Shown piece after piece: positions 56,040 to 64,000 of a stretch of 64,000 nt of DNA. Positions within the stretch are counted from its first letter, which is position 1. Every line of letters starts with the position of its first letter. Below the pieces are notes generated by a model. The model had not been told where the DNA came from, did no database searches, and worked only from the letters and a program-made list of their open reading frames with translations. Source of the DNA: Oopsacas minuta (lineage: Eukaryota > Animalia > Porifera). Where the stretch lies: contig JAKMXF010000255.1 of assembly GCA_024704765.1 (NCBI GenBank), positions 248,001-312,000 of the forward strand. Direction: 5' to 3'. The position numbers and the translations under genes are program-made.

Positions 56040-57282
56040 AAGTAACCTCTCAATCGATTAATAGAAAATTTGGGGAATTTTCACACCTCAGATAGGTGAC
56101 AATGACGTCATAACTTTGTCACCTGAAGGGATAGAGAAAAAATGAGTATACCATTCGATTCGTTGGGGTCGAAAACCTATATGACAATAATACATTTTGA
56201 GGACCTATGTGCCATCAAAATACCTATTTCCACATTCTGACCATTTTGTGCCACTGTGAGGAATTTTGATGCTATCTTCTCAATAGGAATAACACGGGAT
56301 TTGGAGAAGGAGAATATTCTCGATAGATAGCGTATGAAAGCAAATAAACATAGAATGATGAAGAACGTGGGATATACTGTAGAGATAATTATTATAGGAA
56401 AATTGTCGAAAAATAGAACCTCTGAAGTTGAAGAATTCATAAATAAGAAATCGGAATAAAATGTATATTAAACAATATATGTGACTCTCTAACAGGAATA
56501 TCCTGGAACTACGAACATTACGTAATTTATGAAATATGCATATGAGCCTAGCAAATTTGAGGGGATGTCAATAAAACCAAAGGCAGCTTATCACAACTTG
56601 TAAAATTGTAAATCGTATTTACCCCAGTCTGGCTGATTCGTTGCTTCACAAGTGTTTCCTAATCCTTTTCACCTATGACCCTCCCATATGCAATACAAAT
56701 TTAGATCCTTGTTGACTCCCTGCTGTGGTTCGCGCACCACCAAAGGATCTTATCTGTGGACCCCAAAATGGGACCGCTGTTGTACAAAATATACGGGAAA
56801 GCACCAGTATCTGGTAAAAATCGAGCAGTTGGGAGCATATGACTAATAGTCAAATACAAAGAGTGCAATAATTAAAAATGTATATTATCACACATTCTAA
56901 ACTTCGGTTCGTTGAATAACAATATAACTGAATAAGATTCTAGAACAATACTAATTGGATAAGTTTTATTGCTGAAAACTAATGAATGAATTGCAAACCC
57001 AACAGCAAACTAATATCATTAAAAATCCATATATGTAGCTGATAATCTCAATTAAGGCGAAGTACAGATATATAGATGTGACAATCTTAGAATGGCAAAG
57101 TGAAGGACATAACACTATAAATTATCGATAATATATTGTGTATAAGGAGATAATTACATTAACGTAATAAATATATTATTAGCTGCCTAAAAACTAACTC
57201 AAGCGAGCTATCGAATGAATACAGAAGAGGATATTTAAGATAGAGAATTTCTAGAATCAAAACAAAATTTCTTTCCAACGAA

Positions 57283-57615
57283 ATGATGAGTGGAAGAGAA
57301 ATAACTAATCTACCAATGTCAAGAGATCTCATAACTGGGCTAGACATAAAGAGTTTGAATAAAGTAATCAAGCAGAAGGGTTACTCGGGAGATGATAGGG
57401 CTGTGATAAAGCAATTTAGACGCAAGGAGAAGAGCAAACAGAGGAGTCAAAAACTTGACGTCACGATTAAATTTCTTGAGAGTGAAAGGGAAACTCTGCA
57501 ACACGAATATAACGAATTGTTGCAGGAAGTTGATGAGCTCAATGTGTTGAAAGTCGTGTTAGTAGACACGTATAGAATGTATAGTAATAATAGTAATAGA
57601 CATTACCAGTATTAA
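57283..57615 (+). CDS. Small Maf/CNC-like bZIP protein with a degenerate basic region
   Basis: Extended-homology-like DLITGLDIKSLNKVIKQKGYSGDDRAVIKQFRRKEKSK followed by heptad L/Y repeats LESERETLQHEYNELLQEVDEL. Confidence 0.65.
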   Translation: MMSGREITNLPMSRDLITGLDIKSLNKVIKQKGYSGDDRAVIKQFRRKEKSKQRSQKLDVTIKFLESERETLQHEYNELLQEVDELNVLKVVLVDTYRMYSNNSNRHYQY

Positions 57616-58061
57616 TTGTATTTATGCCGAGTCTGTTTGAAGAACTGAGATTATTATTATTAGCTATTGGTTATTACACCTCTTATTGAAAATACTTTAT
57701 GAATGCGCTAATGTAACTTCACGTCAGCTAGAGAGAAAAATCTTTTCCCCACCTGATCTCAGTGCATCCAACTGCACTGAGGTCAGGTGGGGGTCCGAGG
57801 AACATGGATCCCCTGGCTACACCACTGCTTAAGTACTAGAGCTAAAAGAAATGAAAAATCTCAAAACGATATCATGACTGTCTAAATATAACTCAACCTG
57901 GAGTGAAGAGGCATAATAAATAATCATAGATCCAAATAGGTAACAGCGAAATTGTGATTGGTTGTCTGAGAATATTCTAGCATATACCTTACTATAGGAA
58001 ATTAACGCGAATGCTCCAAATTCGCATTAATTTCCTAAAGTAAGGTAAACCAAAAATAAAT

Positions 58062-61000
58062 TTAAACATTGCTTAATGCTTCTTCATTTCCCTTTTTCCA
58101 TTTTTTAGCCATTTCTAAAAGTTTCAGATTTGGTGCCTTCGTACCTTCATCTGGAAACACATATTCCCAATATTCTTCCCATTCCGTTGCACCTCCCTCG
58201 TTGCTAGGAAGGTGTCGATTTTTCACACGTTTCGCTTTCTCCTTCTGTATGTCAAATTGACAAGCTTCATCACCATGTGTCATCCCAAAAGTCAACCATA
58301 AGTCATGTAAGCTTTTCCTCTCTTCTTGTCGTCCCAGCTCTTTCAGCAGTTTATCTGCCCTACCAAATATCTAACAAAAGAAGTAATATAAATTTAATTA
58401 TATTGTTTGTTCCAAGAAATACAGTAAGTGGCTAATATCTACCATGGATAAGAAGAACAAACATATAAACTAACCGCTCTGGTATTTTCCAGTTCTTCAA
58501 TCGAAGCTTCAAACTTAGCGTAAGATAACCATACTTTAATGTGTTTAGTTTTATCCAATAATCTCTCATATAGCGCTCTAACTCTCTCCCAATCCTCAAG
58601 CTCTACTTCAAAGTCTATATAAGCCTTCCATAGAATCTCAGGTATATCCATGCTAGGATACTCTGTAGCTAACTCAAATATAGCACGAGTTCTGTCTACA
58701 TCTCCTAAACGAGATCATTGGTTAGGAAACTAATTCGGTATACGGCAGTTGACTGCATAAGCTTACCTAATATAGATTCTAACTCAGCATACTTTATCCA
58801 TGTAGTACAATTACTAGGATTAAATTCAAGGAATTTCTCGTATAGAATCCTGGCTCTACCAAACTCTCTTAATTCCAGTTCCAATTCAATATACCCTCTA
58901 TATAACTTTGTTTTAGGACACATTCCAATCGCGTTGCCAAGGATTTTCCTTGCCTGATTGAGTTCAAGTTGTCTCACTTCAAAGTGACTGTACATTATCC
59001 ATATTTTAGCAAACGTGAATATTCTGTGTGGAATAGTGCTGAGAGCAGCTTTATAGACTTCTCGTGTTCTCTCCATGTCTTTTGCGGCTAGTTCTTCAAA
59101 CAATGCGTAGTTGATCCATAAGTATATGTATCTACAAATACAAGGATATAATATCACAGTCATATCATAGGCGTAGGAGTAGGTCCGGCAGATCCGGCTA
59201 AAAGACGGACCATGACTTTTCTTGTTTTAATTAATGAATTATTACTTTGCACCATTGTATCCAAAGTAGGGAAATAGTTTTCTAACATTTGTTAATGAAC
59301 ACCGAATGACTGTTTTTGGTACGTTTTCAAAACAGGACATGTAATCTAGTGTTTCTACTATGAGACTACTTTATATTCTTATTAATTACTTCCCAATGTT
59401 TTAACTGTACATTTATTGGACCATACAACCAAAGTTTGTTTCTATTTCTAGCCGGACCACTTTTTGAAGCAGTGCTACGCCACTGCATATACAAGGGAAA
59501 CCTCTACAAACTGGGCTCGTGGAAATGGAGTGAAAATAAAATAGATTGAATTCCTAGCACGATATGAACCTCCACAAAAGGGGAATTACGAAGAAACGGG
59601 GTTGTATTTTTCGGCGTCCCTGGTACCGTTTGTGAATGTAACACTGTATTAATGTAATTTATACAAAACTCAAAATGAACAAATACAGTATGTATTTTGG
59701 TAATTGTAAGAAACAATATAATACTCACCTCCTCCAATATCTCTTCTCCTGAATAGGAGGAATATTAGCAATTGCCCTTTCATATATTTCCCTCAACAGA
59801 TCTACATCTGAATGTCCCTCCATCAGTCTAATATAATTAAACCAAAGGTCATAATCCCTTGAGTTCAACGCTAGCTGCTCTTCATACTGGAGACGACGCT
59901 TACTCGTTATTACGTCATCTATAGCTAGTCTATCTCCGTGCCTCTTCTCGAACTGAGAATAAGCCTTGAAGAGATCTGTACACTTCTCTTTGCCTAGCTT
60001 GTCAATAGCGTATTTATAGATTGTTCTAACCTATATTATAGGAGTAATTAATAAAAGATTTTCTACACAACCGACTGGAAACTTTCAAATACATACATTT
60101 CATATATGTTCTTACCCGTTCAAATTCTTTCTGTCTCTCCTCGTATTTAGCAAATGCCATATAGAAACTCTCATCTGTGTGTTCATCTCCAAAGAACTCC
60201 ATACCTCTTTCATACACATTCCTAGCTGCTGCTAGGTAACCGTTTTCTTCCTCAAACTTAGCATACTTTATCCAATATTTGGTTACAGGGTGTACTTGTA
60301 CGAAACGCTCGTATATCTTCCTTGCTCTCTCTACCTCTTTATATCTAATTTAGAAAAACTTAAAAGGTACGAATATATTCAGATATTTTTCTTTCAAAAT
60401 TTTTCCCAGAAGGCCTTGTAAACTCCTGAAACGGTTAGCAACTATGATATACATACCTCATTTCCATTTTGATATATGAGAACCATGCCTGCTCCTGAGG
60501 TTCCCACTCCATCCATCTCTCAAACACCTGTCTAGCCTTGCCAACCTCTCCCAGCATTTCCTCCATGTATGCAAACTTAAACCAGAACTGATCAGCTCGG
60601 GGTAATATAGTTACTCCTCTGTTCCATAGATTTCGTGCATGATTTACCTAGAGAGAGAGAGAATATTAATAATAAGCAAATACTTAGGAAGGTTAATATT
60701 ATCCACGTTTCAGCTCACCTGACCATTCTTCATCTCCATTTCTGCATACTTTAGCCATAGTCCGATATTTCTATGGTCCTCATCCAATGCCCGCTCAAAT
60801 ACAGACTCAGCTCGTTGGATTTCTTTCTGTCCAGCCTCCCACTCTGCATACTTTATCCAGTTACTTATAACACCTCTGTTCTTACGGATATTGTCCTCAA
60901 ATGTTTTACGTTTCCGCATTTTATAATCACGTAACTCTTCTTCATTTCTGATAGGTTGTTTAGGAGGAGGAGCTCCTTTCTCCAGCTGTCTGTCTGTCAC

Positions 61001-61138
61001 CTCTTGGAGAATTTGCTCTGCAGTTATTTGCATAGCAGCTGGTGTTTTATTTTTAACTCTAGCTGCTTTGGGGATACGAGTAGCACCTGGTTTGTCATCT
61101 GACCCTCTCTTAGCACCAAATGCAACTGCTTGAGACAT
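58062..61138 (-). CDS. CRNKL1: Crooked neck pre-mRNA splicing factor 1 (Clf1/Syf3), 7 exons, reading frame intact
   Basis: [19 protein letters not shown] repeats and [12 protein letters not shown]...[12 protein letters not shown]; exon phases are consistent across six GT-AG introns. Confidence 0.93.
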
Positions 61139-61684
61139 TATAACCTAATTTTAGTAAAATAGCATTCGTTTATACTATGTAGGTATTATGGTATATGTAA
61201 TTATGTAGCATTTTAAACGCATTTCCATCAGATTTGTGGTTCCAAACCTAGGGTCCACGGAGTACGGACCCCCCCCTTGGTGGTCAACGGACAAGAACAG
61301 GGGGTCCATAGACCATATGATCTCAAAATTTGTATTGCAGTCTATGGGATGGTGAAAAAGGTTGGGAACCATTGTATTGGATTATTTGCGCTTATTCTAG
61401 AACATGACCTTAGCAAATAATAATCATCATCATAGGTAACACATGGGTAGATGATTCATACTTATCATCCATAGATGCCATTATTAGCTAATGACGATAT
61501 GGTTCTAAAATTGCAATAATCAAGTCACTATCAATGAAGTAACAGATATTATTCAAAAGCAATGATTTGATTCGTACGACAATAATGATAGGCTCACCTC
61601 TACGAAGCTGTATAAATATAGAAAATTTGCAGGAAAATTTACGTGTTTTCAAATTCCCTTACAAATTTCATTAGTAGATACACT

Positions 61685-62683
61685 ATGGCTCACCCTAACG
61701 GAAAGTTACAGCTAGATCATGATGAACCATTGCTGAGGGAGAATCCGGACAGATTCGTAGTATTCCCGATAAAGTACCATGACATATGGTCATTCTACAA
61801 GAAGGCAGAAGCATCATTCTGGACTGTAGAGGAGGTAGATCTGTCTAAAGATTTGCACGATTGGAATAATCTCAAAGAAGACGAGAGACATTTCATTTCT
61901 CATGTTCTAGCATTCTTCGCAGCAAGTGACGGCATCGTGAATGAGAATCTAGTGCACCGCTTCGCTCAGGAATTCCAAATCCCAGAAATAAGATTTTTCT
62001 ATGGGTTTCAGATAGCAATGGAGAATGTACACTCAGAAATGTATTCCCTATTGATAGATACTTATATCCGTGATTCAGAGGAGAGACACAAACTTTTTCA
62101 TGCTATAGATACACTGCCATGTGTCAAGATGAAGGCAGATTGGGCACTGCAATGGATTGGATCTGAAAAGGCGACAATAGCCGAGAGGATTGTAGCATTC
62201 TCAGCAGTAGAGGGGATATTCTTCTCGGGAAGTTTCGCGGCGATATTTTGGCTAAAAAAGCGCGGACTCATGCATGGACTAACCTTCTCTAACGAGCTAA
62301 TAAGTAGAGACGAGGGGCTACACACAGATTTTGCTTGTCTCATCTACAGTCATCTCAAGAACAAGCCAACTGCTGAGCAAGTCCTAGAGATTATCAGAGA
62401 TGCAGTGAACATAGAAATTTCGTTTCTAACGGATGCTCTACCGGTACGATTGATCGGAATTAACGCAGTATTAATGGGGGAATATATAAAATTCGTAGCT
62501 GACCGTCTACTAGTTGCTCTCGGTTATGAAAAGAATTACAAAGTAAAGAATCCATTCGATTTTATGGAAAACATTTCGCTACAAGGAAAGACTAATTTCT
62601 TCGAGAAGAGAGTGGGAGAGTACCAGAAAGCTGGAGTTATGAAGAGAGAGGAACGTGTATTCAATACAGATGCAGAGTTTTAA
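61685..62683 (+). CDS. RRM2: Ribonucleoside-diphosphate reductase small subunit (class Ia beta), intronless
   Basis: [57 protein letters not shown] and TNFFEKRV. First ATG at 61685. Confidence 0.95.
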   Translation: MAHPNGKLQLDHDEPLLRENPDRFVVFPIKYHDIWSFYKKAEASFWTVEEVDLSKDLHDWNNLKEDERHFISHVLAFFAASDGIVNENLVHRFAQEFQIPEIRFFYGFQIAMENVHSEMYSLLIDTYIRDSEERHKLFHAIDTLPCVKMKADWALQWIGSEKATIAERIVAFSAVEGIFFSGSFAAIFWLKKRGLMHGLTFSNELISRDEGLHTDFACLIYSHLKNKPTAEQVLEIIRDAVNIEISFLTDALPVRLIGINAVLMGEYIKFVADRLLVALGYEKNYKVKNPFDFMENISLQGKTNFFEKRVGEYQKAGVMKREERVFNTDAEF

Positions 62684-63271
62684 TTTAAAGTTATCAGGAG
62701 CATTATTGGATTCTATTAGTTATCACTTATTAGTAGCAGGACTTGTTAGCTTAATTTCATCAATTTACTTAATTACTTTGATTGGTTATTAAACTTATAG
62801 TTGCAAACAGCTGAGCTCAAATAACACGTAGTCAGTTAGGGTGAGGAGAATAACTGAAGTGAAAACTCTTATTGTATCGATAATAAGTACGTTGGCAGAT
62901 TGAGGCCATGGGGTAATCCCTTAGCTGGCCGTTAAACCAATTTCGCTCAAGTATTATTCGAGTTTACCAACTACACAAAAACATTACTACAATATAGGAT
63001 AATGAATTGAGAGCGTAATGGTGAGGGCAATTATAACGAAAATCGGTACAATTACTTCCAATTACAAATTCGAAAAGTATAGGAATATTACGTAAGAATA
63101 AATAGCTGATTAAAGTAACAAATTATTTATACAACAAAAATATTTACATGTAAAAACAATACATAGAGAGTTAGAAGACAGTGTAAATTAAAATAAGAAA
63201 ATATTCAATCTATAAGAATTAGTATAAAATGATATAAAATCTCTGATGATATCTCTATTAGATATCTGTAA

Positions 63272-64000
63272 CTATTTCGCTCCACTGTCAGTATTCTCAA
63301 TAGCTATCACTGGCTCATCTTTACCAATAGCACATTCTTGTAAAAAATCGCGAAGTGCTGGAGTTTGTTCACATAGCTCCTTTACAGTCAAGCCGTCGGA
63401 ATTGGTAATATCTACAGAAGCTTTTGAGGCTAGTAAAGTGGATGCTATATCAAGACGTTTATTGATAAGTGCTAGGTATAAAGGTGTATCCCCACTGTGT
63501 GTAGTGACATCAATATCAATATATTTAGCGTGTTTTGATAGGAGATATGAGCAGAGAGATGGCTTGTTGTTAATAACAGCGTAATGTAATAGAGTATTGC
63601 CTTCTAATTCTTCTTTTATACTCAAATCAGCTCCACCTTGTAACAGAAGATCACAGCACCGAAACGCATTTTCAGACTCTGATAGTAGATGTATTGGAGC
63701 CTTGCCTTCAAAGTTAAACACATCAGGACAAAGGTCAAACGACATCTTCGAGTCCTTATTGAAATCAGTTACGTAATTAATTAGGTATAATAGACATTCA
63801 GTATGACCTCGACTGGCTGCCAGATGGAAACTTGTATTTCCATTAACATCAAATTTGAATGGATCAGCTCCTGCATCAAGCAGATCTCGTACTGCCTCTG
63901 AATAGTTGAGAGAAACCGCGATATGTAGTGGAGTATGTCTGTAGCAGTTAGACATATTAACCACTATAGGTGCGTGTTTTCTATATACACGTAATAGATT
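63272..64000 (-). CDS. Ankyrin-repeat protein (IkB/BCL3-like), 5' end beyond the window
   Basis: Six ANK starts (HTPLHIAV, GNTSFHLAA, GKAPIHLL, GNTLLHYAV, GDTPLYLA, GLTV); the frame stays open to position 64000. Confidence 0.75.
   Translation of the reverse strand, partial: NLLRVYRKHAPIVVNMSNCYRHTPLHIAVSLNYSEAVRDLLDAGADPFKFDVNGNTSFHLAASRGHTECLLYLINYVTDFNKDSKMSFDLCPDVFNFEGKAPIHLLSESENAFRCCDLLLQGGADLSIKEELEGNTLLHYAVINNKPSLCSYLLSKHAKYIDIDVTTHSGDTPLYLALINKRLDIASTLLASKASVDITNSDGLTVKELCEQTPALRDFLQECAIGKDEPVIAIENTDSGAK

Larger units (their letters stand above)
53939..56258 (+). mobile_element. Transib (RAG1-like) DNA transposon, 2320 bp, non-autonomous derivative
   Basis: Ends are CACAGTGGCAC and GTGCCACTGTG; 5-bp TSD AGGAA at 53934-53938 and 56259-56263; a single AGGAA at the empty paralogous site 48910-48914; internal transposase ORF. 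Confidence 0.93.
53880..61431. repeat. Tandem segmental duplication, copy 2 (contains the Transib insertion and the bZIP segment)
   Basis: Collinear with 48856-53267 apart from 53939-56263 and about 57039-58060. Confidence 0.92.

Noticed and set aside
53939-56258. ProtoRAG (RAG1L plus RAG2L) or a true 12/23 RSS pair
   Set aside because: There are only about 220 bp between the transposase stop and the right end, no kelch/RAG2-like ORF, and no nonamer at 12 or 23 nt.
57747-57792. GC-rich 20-bp hairpin between the convergent bZIP and CRNKL1 genes
   Set aside because: It is followed by GGCTACACCACTG, resembling the MITE end in CRNKL1 intron 4, so it is most likely internal to a MITE rather than a terminator or SECIS.
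669-63584. Numerous short antisense or overlapping ORFs in the track (e.g. 669-917, 7379-7735, 13405-13788, 20568-20933, 55019-55513)
   Set aside because: They lie opposite or out of frame within well-supported CDSs and show no recognisable motifs; they are shadows.
1-64000. tRNA, rRNA, snRNA or SL-RNA genes
   Set aside because: No cloverleaf, rRNA-like sequence or convincing donor-plus-Sm-site arrangement was recognised by eye. An Infernal or tRNAscan run would be needed to exclude them.

Overview
AT-rich, gene-dense eukaryotic (metazoan) window. Most genes are intronless, closely spaced and on the minus strand; this architecture suggests a compact sponge genome such as a hexactinellid, which is an inference only. 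Order from the left: DDX18, PRIMPOL, NUDCD2, AMD1, a membrane-anchored JmjC oxygenase, KMO, an MFS sugar transporter, CCDC6, a glutaminase homolog lacking its catalytic Ser/Lys, an 18-kb multi-exon divergent axonemal dynein heavy chain, TAMM41, RMC1, NDUFS1, centrin, a hairpin/repeat-rich orphan segment and a NOL8-like gene. Next comes a tandem segmental duplication carrying a frameshifted and an intact CRNKL1, then RRM2 and an edge-truncated ankyrin-repeat gene. Highlights: (1) a 2320-bp Transib/RAG1-like element with exact CACAGTG (RSS heptamer) ends, unequal bipartite TIRs (28 vs 37 bp), a 5-bp TSD, its empty site preserved in the paralogous duplicon, and a captured CRNKL1 fragment; (2) 3' splice-acceptor-like YAG motifs directly before many start codons in tightly packed co-directional genes, suggesting spliced-leader trans-splicing and operons; (3) a fold-back inverted copy of the last CRNKL1 exon that could yield hairpin RNA against the intact paralog; (4) several probable pseudo-enzymes or altered active sites. 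All family calls are by motif recognition; no database searches were run.
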